Origin: a virus | DNA length: 64,000 nucleotides | Virus record (IMG/VR): IMGVR_UViG_3300035698_007355 | Coordinates: 1 to 64,000 of that record | Strand: one strand, 5' to 3' | Shown here: positions 30,702 through 40,798 of the stretch, piece after piece | Numbering within the stretch: the stretch's first letter is position 1 | Layout of the letters: the number at the start of each line of letters is the position of its first letter | Notes under the pieces: generated by a model | The model's input: only the letters and a program-made list of their open reading frames with translations | Told to the model about the DNA's origin: nothing | The model's database searches: none | Program-made: the position numbers and the translations under genes

Positions 30702-31085
30702 CTATTCAACGTGTATGTTAAATTTCTCCTTGTCCGTACTTATCATAACTTTTCTATTTTTACCATCTATAGTTATTTGATACCCTATAAAATGATTAAC
30801 AGTTTTATTTAATGAAATTTGTGTTGTCCCTATATTTACACGATTCCGTCTAAAATATATTAATCTATACTTTTCTTTTCTATTACTTAAATCGTCAAAT
30901 TCAAGGTCTACGTTATTTACTGTAAATATTCCTGTATCCATATTTACACTAATTTGTGAATGTGTACTATTAATATTAAATCTTTTTAACTTTTCTTGTT
31001 CAATATCTGAAAATAAATGTTCTTCTCCATTTACCTCATATTGATGAAGTTGTTCTCCATCTTTATAAAATGCTATCCACTTCAT
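30702..31085 (-). CDS. Hypothetical protein, paralog of 31169-31597
   Basis: Shared WIA..DG..L.Q, LIY.RRN.V and H.IG motifs. Confidence 0.65.
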   Translation of the reverse strand: MKWIAFYKDGEQLHQYEVNGEEHLFSDIEQEKLKRFNINSTHSQISVNMDTGIFTVNNVDLEFDDLSNRKEKYRLIYFRRNRVNIGTTQISLNKTVNHFIGYQITIDGKNRKVMISTDKEKFNIHVE

Positions 31086-31168
31086 AACTTCTCACCTGGG
31101 CCAATCCTGTGCGATTTGGGCGTACTTCTCAATGAAGTAGTACTATCTATCACATTAAATTAAATCGC

Positions 31169-31597
31169 TTATTTAGTCTTCTTTTCGTGTTTTTCTTGTT
31201 TAGGTCTTTTACCTTGTCCACCATCAACTTCAATCCATTGGTCTTCATCATCTGTATCAATACCAATAATATGAGTTACTTCTGGTGATAATATTGTAAG
31301 TTCTGTTCCACCAACAGTCATACGTACTTTATTACGTCTTTTATATATAAGTATGGCATCATTACCTTTAAGCTTATAATTTTTGTTAGGTGTTGTAAGT
31401 TTATTCTTTTTAATATCAGCTATATAGTATTCTTTATCATTAGTTATAGTAAAAACTTCTAATAAATTCATTTTAGCTATTACTTCTCCATAAGAAATCT
31501 CATCGTCATTCACACCATTAAACTGTTTAAGGGTAGTACCATCTGAAAATTCTGCTATCCAATAATATTCTAAATTATCTTTATCTTTTTTAGTCAT
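31169..31597 (-). CDS. Hypothetical protein, paralog of 30702-31085
   Basis: WIAEFSDGTTLKQ, LIYKRRNKV, HIIG. Confidence 0.65.
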   Translation of the reverse strand: MTKKDKDNLEYYWIAEFSDGTTLKQFNGVNDDEISYGEVIAKMNLLEVFTITNDKEYYIADIKKNKLTTPNKNYKLKGNDAILIYKRRNKVRMTVGGTELTILSPEVTHIIGIDTDDEDQWIEVDGGQGKRPKQEKHEKKTK

Positions 31598-31603
31598 TTT
31601 AAA

Positions 31604-31714
31604 TTATGCCCTATTACGGGAGGAAGTCTTACAATTTCCTGTTCGTCTTCCCATTTTTCTACCTTTTGGTCTAGGGCTTCTATTTCTAGGTCCTTTTCCA
31701 TCTTTTTCTGGCAT
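31604..31714 (-). CDS. Small basic protein, DUF5320-like (36 aa, not in ORF track)
   Basis: GAGGTGA RBS; MPEKDGKGPRNRSPRPKGRKMGRRTGNCKTSSRNRA. Confidence 0.55.
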   Translation of the reverse strand: MPEKDGKGPRNRSPRPKGRKMGRRTGNCKTSSRNRA

Positions 31715-31738
31715 ATATTTCACCTCATTTAATTTCTA

Positions 31739-32227
31739 TTAAACTTCATCATATTGCAGAGTAAAAGTTTTTGTATTAACTGCTCCAGCTGCTGCTCCAC
31801 TACCAATTTGCATCTGCATTACAATATAGTCTGAAGTACCTGCACTTGTTAAAGTACCTGATAAACTTCCTGCTATCCATACATTTGCTGTTCCAGGGTC
31901 TGATGTTGGTAATACTGTAGTTGCTACTGAACTCTCTGACGCTGTTGGTGTTGCGTAAGATGCTAAAGCTGTTGTTCCGCTCCAATCAATACCTTCTTCT
32001 GATACATATGCTCCTGCACTTTTCCAAAATTGTATATTATCAATTACATTAAACGTTCCTGAAAAATCTGCTTTAATCCACTTCTCAAAAGAGTTTGTTC
32101 CTGCTGTTATTGGATACGTTAATGCTACTAAATCTTTTGCATCTGTACTTCCAAAATTAATATTTGTAGGTGTTGTTTCTGTTTCACCTGCTCCATTGGC
32201 TTCTAACCATCCGAATGTTGCTACCAT
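31739..32227 (-). CDS. Putative virion structural protein (beta-rich)
   Basis: Position; NSFEKWIK, SDYIVMQM, C-terminal YDE. Confidence 0.55.
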   Translation of the reverse strand: MVATFGWLEANGAGETETTPTNINFGSTDAKDLVALTYPITAGTNSFEKWIKADFSGTFNVIDNIQFWKSAGAYVSEEGIDWSGTTALASYATPTASESSVATTVLPTSDPGTANVWIAGSLSGTLTSAGTSDYIVMQMQIGSGAAAGAVNTKTFTLQYDEV

Positions 32228-32245
32228 TTTATTTTACCTCATTTT

Positions 32246-32410
32246 TTAATTATTAGAGTATACCGCAAAATATGCTGTGCCTGCATCATCTACTGCTAAT
32301 GCAACTACTTTTTCTTTGTGTATACCATCTGTACCTAACGAACCAACTATTTCAACTAGTGTTCCTGTTAAAGTTGTCCAATTTCCATAATTTATTTTTA
32401 TTACCGTCAT
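32246..32410 (-). CDS. Small hypothetical protein (54 aa, not in ORF track)
   Basis: MTVIKINYGNWTTLTGTLVEIV...AYFAVYSNN fills the intergenic gap exactly. Confidence 0.55.
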   Translation of the reverse strand: MTVIKINYGNWTTLTGTLVEIVGSLGTDGIHKEKVVALAVDDAGTAYFAVYSNN

Positions 32411-32412
32411 CT

Positions 32413-32694
32413 TTATTCATCCTCATATACTAAGCTTAATATTGTTTGAACTCTGTCTTTTTCATATCTTAATCTTTTTACTTCAGCTAAGTCTAATCCT
32501 AATTCAACTAAAAGTTCTATTTGTTCTGATTTATTAAGAGCATATAGTTTTTTTTCACTATATTTATCTTCTACTTCTACTGTTGCTTCAACTATTTCTA
32601 TAGTCTTTTCCTCAACTTTAGGGTCTTCTACTACAAGTTCTTCAGCAACTACGTTTTTTGTAAAGTAATTTTTATGATTTACGTTATATTTCAT
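32413..32694 (-). CDS. Hypothetical protein with HeH/Rho-N-like C-terminus
   Basis: LYALNKSEQIELLVELGL...KDRVQTIL. Confidence 0.45.
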   Translation of the reverse strand: MKYNVNHKNYFTKNVVAEELVVEDPKVEEKTIEIVEATVEVEDKYSEKKLYALNKSEQIELLVELGLDLAEVKRLRYEKDRVQTILSLVYEDE

Positions 32695-33677
32695 TTCACT
32701 TCCTCCTTGTCCTCTATTTTCGGCGAGCCTTCTTCTAAAGCTTTTAAATATTTTTCTATACTTTGTTCATATGAAACATATTCAACTGCGTTCTTAGCAT
32801 AATCAATAACTTCTTGTCTAAACTTATCATCAGTTAATACTTTCTTAACCATTTCTCTAGTTGCCTTCATATCTAATGGTGGAACTGCTGTCATAGGATA
32901 ACATTTCTGTATTGAGTAGTTTCTGTCCGAACCAACTACTGGTACTCCTAGTGCTGCACAATCCCAACCAGTTCTACCCTGGCTTGTAAGTGTGAATGGT
33001 TCTACAACTAATTTACTTTCCATTAGCTGTTCACAAAAATCCATATAATTTGTGCCTGGTATAATTTCATTATAACAAGTGTCTGTTGTGAATTTCTTTT
33101 TATCTGATGATTGGTCATAACCAATAAGTCTTGTCTTATAACCCAAATTATTTACTGCTAAACTTGGTATTATATTAAATTGGTCATATCTGTGTGATAT
33201 TACTGATATTATATCTTTTGTATTTCTTGTATTTAATGTTTTCAACCTTTTGGTAAAACAAGGATGAACTATTAAATGAACTTTCCTACCAGTTAAAACT
33301 TCTAGTGTTCCAACCTGATTAGGTTCTGTACCGAATAACATATCAGCATATTGTAATTCTCTTCTTAATGTTGGTAAATAATCAAATGATGCTTGCCACA
33401 ATTCTATTGTGTAATCATTGTTAACTACTATCTTTGTTTTTGAGTCATTACCGATTATGTCTCTAACTTCTCCAATCAAATGAATGTCTTGTGCAGACAT
33501 ATTGATATGAATAATGTCATAATCTTTCAACTCTTCTGGGTTAACATCTTTAAATCTTTTTACTTCGCCTTCAAGTGCTGGTATCCAGCTATATAAACCA
33601 GTCCTCAAACAATCTTCTTCAAGTAATTGTTTGTGAATATGATTAGTCACCATTAAATACTTTAACTTTTTCCCCAT
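32691..33677 (-). CDS. GT-B (GT4-like) glycosyltransferase within the structural operon
   Basis: SQGRTGWDCAALGVPVVGS; KKVLTDDKFRQEV. Confidence 0.75.
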   Translation of the reverse strand: MGKKLKYLMVTNHIHKQLLEEDCLRTGLYSWIPALEGEVKRFKDVNPEELKDYDIIHINMSAQDIHLIGEVRDIIGNDSKTKIVVNNDYTIELWQASFDYLPTLRRELQYADMLFGTEPNQVGTLEVLTGRKVHLIVHPCFTKRLKTLNTRNTKDIISVISHRYDQFNIIPSLAVNNLGYKTRLIGYDQSSDKKKFTTDTCYNEIIPGTNYMDFCEQLMESKLVVEPFTLTSQGRTGWDCAALGVPVVGSDRNYSIQKCYPMTAVPPLDMKATREMVKKVLTDDKFRQEVIDYAKNAVEYVSYEQSIEKYLKALEEGSPKIEDKEEVK

Positions 33678-33689
33678 TTATCTCACCTT

Positions 33690-34019
33690 TTAATTTTCTT
33701 TTAAATCTCTAACTTTAGTCATAAACTTTTTTGCAAAATTTTCATCTATAACATTGCCTTCTTTATCTAATTTTTCTACACTTAATTTACTTTTAATTAA
33801 TTTCTTTGCCTTTTTTTTAATCTCTTTATGTTTTTTATCAACTAATGTAGAAACTTTTTCTACTTCATTATTTTCTACAATAACAGGACTTCTTTCTGAT
33901 TTCCATCCTGTTGCAGTAAATGGTAAACTAGTTTTAGTCATATCACCTAATTTAGTTTTTAAAAAGGCTCTGGCATTAAAACCACCAGTAAATTTTATTG
34001 GTCCTTTTATTATTGGCAT
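33690..34019 (-). CDS. Hypothetical basic protein
   Basis: ORF in the late operon. Confidence 0.5.
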   Translation of the reverse strand: MPIIKGPIKFTGGFNARAFLKTKLGDMTKTSLPFTATGWKSERSPVIVENNEVEKVSTLVDKKHKEIKKKAKKLIKSKLSVEKLDKEGNVIDENFAKKFMTKVRDLKEN

Positions 34020-34025
34020 TTGATT

Positions 34026-34334
34026 TCACTCTCCTATGAATTTTTTATAAACACTTATATGAAATTCTGTTAACTTATTTTCTTCATCTAATTTTTTAAG
34101 TGCTTCTTTTATAATATCTGTTGCTTTTTCCCCTAGTTCAATTTCTTTGTATATTCGTCCTTTTTCATTCCATGAAATATTTCCAGCATTTTCAACAATT
34201 TCAAATTCTTTAAATTCTTCTTCTGTTGGCGCTAAGGATTCTTTAAGTTTTTGAACAATATTTAATGTAATAAAATTTCCTTCTGTTGGTAATATTTGCA
34301 ATACTTTTAATCTTTCTATCAAATTTAATTTCAT
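34026..34334 (-). CDS. Hypothetical protein
   Basis: ORF with GGTGA RBS. Confidence 0.55.
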   Translation of the reverse strand: MKLNLIERLKVLQILPTEGNFITLNIVQKLKESLAPTEEEFKEFEIVENAGNISWNEKGRIYKEIELGEKATDIIKEALKKLDEENKLTEFHISVYKKFIGE

Positions 34335-34416
34335 CTTTATCTCACCTTTTGTTTTTTAAAAAATAAAGGGGTTTACCCCTTAAAATTATTCATTTTACTC
34401 ATTTTATTTCATCTCC

Positions 34417-35040
34417 TTATTGTGATTTTGTTTTAACTCTTGATAAATACCTTATATCAATTGTTTTTCCATCAGCCATTGTAGGTAATGTAAATGTATC
34501 ATATGTAGTATTTACTGTAAGTGCTGCTGTACCTGCATCTGCTGTAGAATAAGCTCCATCATATCCAATAGATATAATATCTGATTGATTTTCTAAATCA
34601 TATCTAAGACCAAATTCTTGTCCCCAACCTACATTAACATCAGTTGACTTATGAGATGTATCATCAGCTTTCATACCTGTAATTTTTGCAAATGCATGAT
34701 TACTATAATAACTACCTGCTGCTGTTCCTGCTACTGAAACTGCTTCTGTAACTAAATCTCCTTTAGCAGTATAACCAGTAATATTAATTTTATCTCCTGC
34801 TCCTGCGGTTCCTGCTGCTACTGCAAAAACTTGAATACATAAAGGATAAGGTGGTTGTGCTGAGAAGTCTGTATTATCTATTCCAACTGCTGCGGTTCCT
34901 GTTGTTAAATCCCAAGCTGTAATTATTCCTGTTGAGGATATATTTGCTGCATTTGGTATGATATCTTGTACCATTATTTTATCAGGGAATTCTATTTCCT
35001 GAACATTTACTTTATTATTTCTCCATCCGTATTTTGACAT
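34417..35040 (-). CDS. Putative capsid decoration/structural protein
   Basis: Directly downstream of the major capsid gene; GGAGG RBS; Ala/Gly/Thr-rich beta protein; followed by a hairpin and T-tract. Confidence 0.5.
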   Translation of the reverse strand: MSKYGWRNNKVNVQEIEFPDKIMVQDIIPNAANISSTGIITAWDLTTGTAAVGIDNTDFSAQPPYPLCIQVFAVAAGTAGAGDKINITGYTAKGDLVTEAVSVAGTAAGSYYSNHAFAKITGMKADDTSHKSTDVNVGWGQEFGLRYDLENQSDIISIGYDGAYSTADAGTAALTVNTTYDTFTLPTMADGKTIDIRYLSRVKTKSQ

Positions 35041-35141
35041 TTTTGAAAACCTCCATTTTCATTACGTTTAAATCTCGAAAGCTTCACTCAAAGATTTAAA
35101 CAAAAAAAATTAAAAAAAAAGGGCAAAGCCCTAAATTATTT

Positions 35142-36140
35142 CTATGCGTCTGAGAAGTAACCTAAGCAAATTGCTTGTTGGTTAACTCTAGTCATTTTGT
35201 ACCAAGCATCTAAAAGAACCTTGTGGACTCTTTCGTCATCTTCAGTAACTACTTTTACTTTTGCTTTTTCTTTCCATACAATAGCTGCTGCTGCTGATGG
35301 GTCGATTAAGTAAGCATAGTGTCCTGCTAATGAGCCTGAACCCCAAGCTGATGCTGAAGTAACTAATGTTGATACTTCAATTATCAAACCTACATATTCT
35401 TCAATTGTACCTTTTGTAACAACTGAGCTTCCGCCGAATTCTGCTGCGTTAGTAAATTGACTTGATTTCAAAAGTTGCTTAAATTGCTCAGGATGTAAGA
35501 ATAATACTCCGTCTCTAGGCTTTTTAGCGAAATTTTTCTTTTGAACTTCAATTTTCATATCGATGATTTTATCAACTGTGATAACATCTCCTGTTGCAAG
35601 AGTTCCTGAAGTTGTTGCATCTCCACCAAATACTGCGCTTGCAAGTGATGAGCTAACTGTTGCTCCTTCCAAGATTGCGTTTGCATCTGTTTCGATAGTT
35701 TCTAGATATTGTCTTACAAGTTGTTTGTGAGCCATTTCTACGATTGAAACTCTAGTTGCACTTGCAGTTTCGAATGAAATTGCGCATCCACCTAATTTTA
35801 CATCGTATGATGATAAACTTAGTGTGATGTTATCTGCACCGTCGAATTCAGTCATAACCCTTGCAATTCCTTCTTGGTAAGCTGAACGGCTACCCATTAG
35901 GTCTACATCTCCAACTTTTGGAATAACTAATGTTACATCGTTGTTGCCCATTAAGTCTGTAAATTCTAAAAAATACTTAGAAAGTACTCTATCTGGTTGT
36001 GAATCAAAGATTATTTTTTGACTCCAAGTACTACCCATTACTGAGCCAATACCTGCTGTTTGACCGCCCCAACTTGAACTACCAATTACGGTTGTACCAG
36101 TTGTAAGCTGTTCTACTGTCTTAATTATATTATCTGACAT
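35142..36140 (-). CDS. Major capsid protein (HK97 fold)
   Basis: AGGAGG RBS before MSDNII; follows the scaffold; WSQKII, TLVIPK, LFLHPEQFKQLLK, KGTIEEYVGLIIEVS. Confidence 0.85.
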   Translation of the reverse strand: MSDNIIKTVEQLTTGTTVIGSSSWGGQTAGIGSVMGSTWSQKIIFDSQPDRVLSKYFLEFTDLMGNNDVTLVIPKVGDVDLMGSRSAYQEGIARVMTEFDGADNITLSLSSYDVKLGGCAISFETASATRVSIVEMAHKQLVRQYLETIETDANAILEGATVSSSLASAVFGGDATTSGTLATGDVITVDKIIDMKIEVQKKNFAKKPRDGVLFLHPEQFKQLLKSSQFTNAAEFGGSSVVTKGTIEEYVGLIIEVSTLVTSASAWGSGSLAGHYAYLIDPSAAAAIVWKEKAKVKVVTEDDERVHKVLLDAWYKMTRVNQQAICLGYFSDA

Positions 36141-36159
36141 TTTTTGTATCCTCCTAACC

Positions 36160-36936
36160 TTACATCTGTAAGATTCTTTTTCCTTCATTACCTTTTTTGT
36201 CTTGTTGACTTGCTAAGGTATTTAGAACTCCTTTCATAAAGTCCTTGTCACTCAATTTTTCAGGCACTTTTTGTACCACTTTTGGCTGTACTCTTATAGC
36301 CTGTGTTGGCATCGTTACTGTATCTAACTTCTCTTCAGACTTGTGGTTTAGCGCCATCTCTGTGACTGACTCAAACTCTGTAATCACGTCTTCTGACAAA
36401 GCACTTAACTGTTCTATAGTTTTGTCCTGTCCAAGCTCACTAAAGTTACTTGACAATTGTTCTAGTCTCTTATTATAAGCAATGTTACCTGCTTCTTCCT
36501 CTCTTGCCTTGTAGCCGTCTAGTTCTTTTGAAAGCTTTTCTATTGTTTTAGTTGAATCTCCGAAGTTTCCTTCCAAAGATTTAACTTGTGACTGTAATTG
36601 CTCTATTGTTTTATTATTTTCTTTTTGAGTTGCATATGAATTAGCAAGTTCATTTCTAACCTCGGAAATTACTGATAATTGTTCTTCTATTTTCTTAACA
36701 TTATCATCTACTGGAACTTCTGGTTCTTCTGCTACAGGTTCTTCAATAACCTCTTCTACAACTGGCTCCTCTACAATAGGTTCTTCTACGTCCGGTTCTA
36801 CTTCCGGGGTTTCTTCAGCTTCCTCAGCTGGTTTTTCTGTAACTTCTTCTTCTTCTTCTACAACCTCTTCTGTTACAGGTTCTTCTACAATTTCTTCAGT
36901 AACATTAGGTTCTGGTTTAATTTCATTTTCAGTCAT
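36160..36936 (-). CDS. Capsid scaffolding protein
   Basis: Acidic Glu/Pro-rich N-terminus plus coiled coil; lies between protease and major capsid. Confidence 0.7.
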   Translation of the reverse strand: MTENEIKPEPNVTEEIVEEPVTEEVVEEEEEVTEKPAEEAEETPEVEPDVEEPIVEEPVVEEVIEEPVAEEPEVPVDDNVKKIEEQLSVISEVRNELANSYATQKENNKTIEQLQSQVKSLEGNFGDSTKTIEKLSKELDGYKAREEEAGNIAYNKRLEQLSSNFSELGQDKTIEQLSALSEDVITEFESVTEMALNHKSEEKLDTVTMPTQAIRVQPKVVQKVPEKLSDKDFMKGVLNTLASQQDKKGNEGKRILQM

Positions 36937-36959
36937 TTTATATTTTCCTCCTTTAGATT

Positions 36960-37205
36960 CTATCCAGGTAATCTTCCTAGATATTTATCCACGAGATGAT
37001 TAAAAAAATCATTTCTTGTATTTTTCTCTAAAGATTTGTTTCCTGTAAATCTTTTTTTTAATATTGAGTTTGCTCCTTTAAATGCTCTTGTTTCACTTTT
37101 TGTTTTCTGATAAACAGTATTCCAAACATACATCCATTGTCTTTGCACTACTTTACTGTATTTCTTAATATTTGGGGGTACTTCTGAAATATTATTATAA
37201 GGCAT
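36960..37205 (-). CDS. ChaB-family protein
   Basis: MPYNNISEVPPNIK...QRQWMYVWN...ETRAFKGANS. Confidence 0.7.
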   Translation of the reverse strand: MPYNNISEVPPNIKKYSKVVQRQWMYVWNTVYQKTKSETRAFKGANSILKKRFTGNKSLEKNTRNDFFNHLVDKYLGRLPG

Positions 37206-37206
37206 T

Positions 37207-37782
37207 TTATACCACTTGTATATTATTTTCTTTAAAAGCTCCACTTTCTACAAGTGACAACTCTTTATATTCTGGTTCAGTACCTCTGAGACCATATTGC
37301 TCGTCATATATATCAAATGAACTTATTGTAGCACTTACATCTGTTACAACACCATCTAATATGTTTAATGATTGAGTGATATCGTTGATATGCGCTCTAT
37401 ACATTACTGCTTGTAATTCGTCGTCCCAATAAATTTCATCAACTCTACCAATAGTAGCGCCAACTTCTTTATCTTTATGGTCAAACTTAACTGGGAATGT
37501 TTTTCCTTTATGAAATTTTACAGACCATATTAAATCTTCTTTAGTATAATATTTTTTCTTATGCCTTCCTATACCTAACATTTTACCAACAATTTTAAGT
37601 TGTTCGCCAACCTTAATCTTTGCTGATAATTGTTCTTCTGATTTAAGAGTGATTGAAAGCGTTTCTGAAGTTTTATTGTGTGTTAAAAATGAATCTGCTT
37701 TTTTTATAATTTCAACAGTTTTCATATCTCTAAGTACTCCTTCTGCTCTATTTAATTTTTCCATATTTTTATTGATTTCCAT
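37207..37782 (-). CDS. Prohead maturation protease
   Basis: PVKFDH (His), IGRV, DVSAT (Ser), ELSLVESGA. Confidence 0.75.
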   Translation of the reverse strand: MEINKNMEKLNRAEGVLRDMKTVEIIKKADSFLTHNKTSETLSITLKSEEQLSAKIKVGEQLKIVGKMLGIGRHKKKYYTKEDLIWSVKFHKGKTFPVKFDHKDKEVGATIGRVDEIYWDDELQAVMYRAHINDITQSLNILDGVVTDVSATISSFDIYDEQYGLRGTEPEYKELSLVESGAFKENNIQVV

Positions 37783-38095
37783 TTTTATCTAGCCTATCGA
37801 ATTTTGAATGAGTCTTTAATAAAGGAACTATGTCTTTGTGTAGTTTCTTTATTGTGGATTTTGACAATCCTCTTCCGCTATTGTTCGCATTGAACAAATG
37901 AAGCATTGTATGAGCCAACTCAAGTTGGTTTTTAGGGATTTCGTCAACTATTGTATCTTTAGTGATTATAAGCCCAACAGAACGGGGATTATCTGCTGGG
38001 CTAGGAACTGGGTGAGAAACTTGAATTTTATATGAAGTCTCGTCTAGCTTATCCATTAATCGTTCGTAAGTCTTTTTATCTAACACTTTTAACAT
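37769..38095 (-). CDS. Hypothetical head-module protein
   Basis: ORF between portal and protease. Confidence 0.5.
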   Translation of the reverse strand: MLKVLDKKTYERLMDKLDETSYKIQVSHPVPSPADNPRSVGLIITKDTIVDEIPKNQLELAHTMLHLFNANNSGRGLSKSTIKKLHKDIVPLLKTHSKFDRLDKNGNQ

Positions 38096-39497
38096 CTGGG
38101 TCTATCTTTTTTTGCTTTTTCTCATTTTTCTGAGAACCAGCAGGACTACCAGGTTCTGCGCCGTGCCAAACTTTTGCATCGTCTTTCTTGTTTTCTGCAT
38201 CTGGGTCAATACCAGATTTTATATTTTGCACTTCTTTTTCTTTTAATTCGTTTATAGCATCTTGATTAAACTCTAGTCCAATCATTTCTCTAGCTTCTTT
38301 TAACGTAACAATACCTGCTACATAAAGTTCTTGAGCACGTTGTCCGTTTCTGTCCGCATCTTCTGCAATATCGTTGAATTTAAGCATTGGGGCCTTAAAT
38401 CCTGCCATCATAGCATATTTTTGAAATATTTTATTAAATACGTCCTCTATGTATCGCTGATTTGCTCTGATAACACTATAAAAGTGTTTTGATAAATTTT
38501 GGGAAGTAGCTCGATTACTCCCACTACTTCCTCCTGACCCTGTAAGAATAGCTTTTGGTACTCCCAAAGCTGATATTACTGAATCTAGGAAATAATCTGA
38601 ATAATCGCTGAAATTCTGCGTTCCTGGTGATTCCATCTTTGTTTTCACACCATCTGGCAGGAAAACTACTTCTTTTGCTGAAACTCGCCCAAGACTATTA
38701 GCCCATCGAGCTAAGTCTGTTGGTGATTTTGATTTTGTTTCTACAACCCAAGTTGGGTTTGCAGTTTTAACAGCGGCTTCTGCTGCTGCTTGTTCCATAT
38801 TCATTAATCTTATTGCTGTGTTATAAACTGGTTGTAAACTTGATACTCCATTAAACTCATCAGCGAATGTATTAAATTTTAAATGTGATATTTTATCTTT
38901 AGGAACTTCTATGTATTCTTCTTTTCCATCTTCTGCATATACAGTTTGCATATAAGCTTTAGGAAGTCTTTCATCATTAAGAACTATTGTCTGAAAATCA
39001 TCTCGTGCTGTAAGAAATCCAAAGTTAATTGGGTTAACATGTCTTAGGTATGCTATTTTAGTTTTTGATTCATTAGTAACTTGCTCTAAATATCCATCTC
39101 CAGATACATCAGTATTAACTGAATATTGCCAAAATAAATTATCTCCACCGCTAACATCTATTAAATCTTGACAAGCTTTAGTTCCAACTTCATCACCATC
39201 GACTAATTTATAACCTCTAGTAACAGTCTCATCTGCTCTGATATTAACTCCCCTGAATATGAATTGGTTATTTAAATATAATAATTGTAATTCTTTGACA
39301 GAAACTCTCTTCTTCAACAAATTAGTTGCATCTTCGACCTTTTTAGCCTCTCTTGCTACAGAACTTGCTTTAGTTGTTGAGTTAGTTGCACTTTTTTCTA
39401 GTAAAACTTTCTGAGTTTCCAAATCATCCTGTAATTGTTCTATAGTTTTAGAATTAGCTATACCTAGAAAATTTTTTGTTTTATCCATAAACCCCAT
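38076..39497 (-). CDS. Portal protein
   Basis: GDGYLE, ISHLKF...FNGVSSL, ISALGVPKAIL, SNRATS, GIVTLKEAREMIG. Confidence 0.92.
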   Translation of the reverse strand: MGFMDKTKNFLGIANSKTIEQLQDDLETQKVLLEKSATNSTTKASSVAREAKKVEDATNLLKKRVSVKELQLLYLNNQFIFRGVNIRADETVTRGYKLVDGDEVGTKACQDLIDVSGGDNLFWQYSVNTDVSGDGYLEQVTNESKTKIAYLRHVNPINFGFLTARDDFQTIVLNDERLPKAYMQTVYAEDGKEEYIEVPKDKISHLKFNTFADEFNGVSSLQPVYNTAIRLMNMEQAAAEAAVKTANPTWVVETKSKSPTDLARWANSLGRVSAKEVVFLPDGVKTKMESPGTQNFSDYSDYFLDSVISALGVPKAILTGSGGSSGSNRATSQNLSKHFYSVIRANQRYIEDVFNKIFQKYAMMAGFKAPMLKFNDIAEDADRNGQRAQELYVAGIVTLKEAREMIGLEFNQDAINELKEKEVQNIKSGIDPDAENKKDDAKVWHGAEPGSPAGSQKNEKKQKKIDPDVKSVR

Positions 39498-39555
39498 TGT
39501 ATGTTCCGAAAATTTTATAAATCTTTCACTATAATATGTCTTATGTAAGTTTAAC

Positions 39556-39570
39556 TATATAAATGTTTCG
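39556..39570 (-). promoter_or_regulatory. BRE-TATA promoter for the portal operon
   Basis: Reverse complement reads CGAAACATTTATATA. Confidence 0.8.
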
Positions 39571-39749
39571 GTTTTTTGCTCTTTTTTCAGGGGGTGGACC
39601 ACCTAAAACACCTTTTTGATACCTTTACAACAGTTTAAGATATATCAGGATATATCTGATACATTTGTTAACATTGTTATAATAGTATACTACTAATATA
39701 CCGCGTACGACAAATATCAACATATCCTTTAAATAATTAGTGGAAGAAT

Positions 39750-39764
39750 CGAAACATTTATATA
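39750..39764 (+). promoter_or_regulatory. BRE-TATA promoter, divergent from the portal promoter
   Basis: CGAAACATTTATATA; ATG of a 37-aa ORF at 39787 suggests a leaderless transcript. Confidence 0.8.
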
Positions 39765-39896
39765 GTTGAAGTTACTTTATATAATTATGAAAGAAAAATA
39801 CGTATTTCACGGACACTGTTGGGATAAAGATGGCGACTATGGAGTATATGTTGATAAAAACGGAAAGAGAGTTATAGTAAGAGTAGGTGATGAAAA

Positions 39897-40250
39897 ATGA
39901 ACGGTATACAAGTCGATTATGAACTAAATCCAGGAATGAGTAGCAGATTCAATCAAAAGATGTTTGGACGTATTTCAACTGGTAAAAAAGGTATACACGG
40001 CAAATCATATTATATTCCAGGAGTATTAGATGATATTCCACATTATAGAATTTTTGAAGGCCGTGTATTTGTGAGTACAGCAAAAAAATTAGATTTTGAC
40101 CATGTTATTACATATTGTAAGAAATTTAATGTTTCAAGTGTTTCAAAAACAAATGAAGATATTTTTATGAAAACAGGAAAAGAGCGATGGGCATTCCACG
40201 CAGTAGAGAAGGGGTTTAAAATTGACTGGAAAAAAAGCTGGGATAGGTAG
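39897..40250 (+). CDS. Hypothetical protein
   Basis: ORF with GGTGA RBS. Confidence 0.55.
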   Translation: MNGIQVDYELNPGMSSRFNQKMFGRISTGKKGIHGKSYYIPGVLDDIPHYRIFEGRVFVSTAKKLDFDHVITYCKKFNVSSVSKTNEDIFMKTGKERWAFHAVEKGFKIDWKKSWDR

Positions 40251-40797
40251 AGGAAAAACACAACAGTTCGCTGTTGATAAGTTTGGAGTAGCTGATTTTG
40301 TATTAGAAAAATATAAAGATAATATCCCTGCTACAAAAATTAGTATAATGTTATTAGCAGAGAAAGAAGTTAAAATTTCTCCTGTTGGAATTAATAGATG
40401 GTTAACTAAATATAAAACAAAATCATTAGAAAAATCAAATATTATTAATAAAGAAAAATTTGATATTATGGTTATTAATTATAAAACTGAAATAACAAAT
40501 ATACTTGATGAAGTTAAAGAAATGAAAGATTTAGCTAAAGATAAAGGTGAATTAGAAACATACGTAAAACTTATTGGTAAGCTATATCAAGGTTTAGAAT
40601 TGTTAGCAAAACTTATGGGAGATATTAAACCATCAGGGTCTGTTGATATAAATGTAATTATCAAAGAAATAAACCAAAATGTATTTGATAATAATAAAGG
40701 AGGTAGACATAATCTGTTTAATACAGAAATTGTAGACGCTGAATTTGAAATAATTAAAGAAGATAAAGAAGAAATTGATAAACTTAACGAGGTTTAA
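40222..40797 (+). CDS. Putative terminase small subunit / HTH protein
   Basis: HTH-like ATKISIML...ISPVGINRW; helical body ending LELLAKLMGDIK. Confidence 0.5.
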   Translation: MTGKKAGIGRGKTQQFAVDKFGVADFVLEKYKDNIPATKISIMLLAEKEVKISPVGINRWLTKYKTKSLEKSNIINKEKFDIMVINYKTEITNILDEVKEMKDLAKDKGELETYVKLIGKLYQGLELLAKLMGDIKPSGSVDINVIIKEINQNVFDNNKGGRHNLFNTEIVDAEFEIIKEDKEEIDKLNEV

Positions 40798-40798
40798 A

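Noticed and set aside
36679-36999. Phe-rich + strand ORF (also 2169-2354 on the - strand)
   Set aside because: Antisense of Glu/Pro-rich low-complexity coding sequence.
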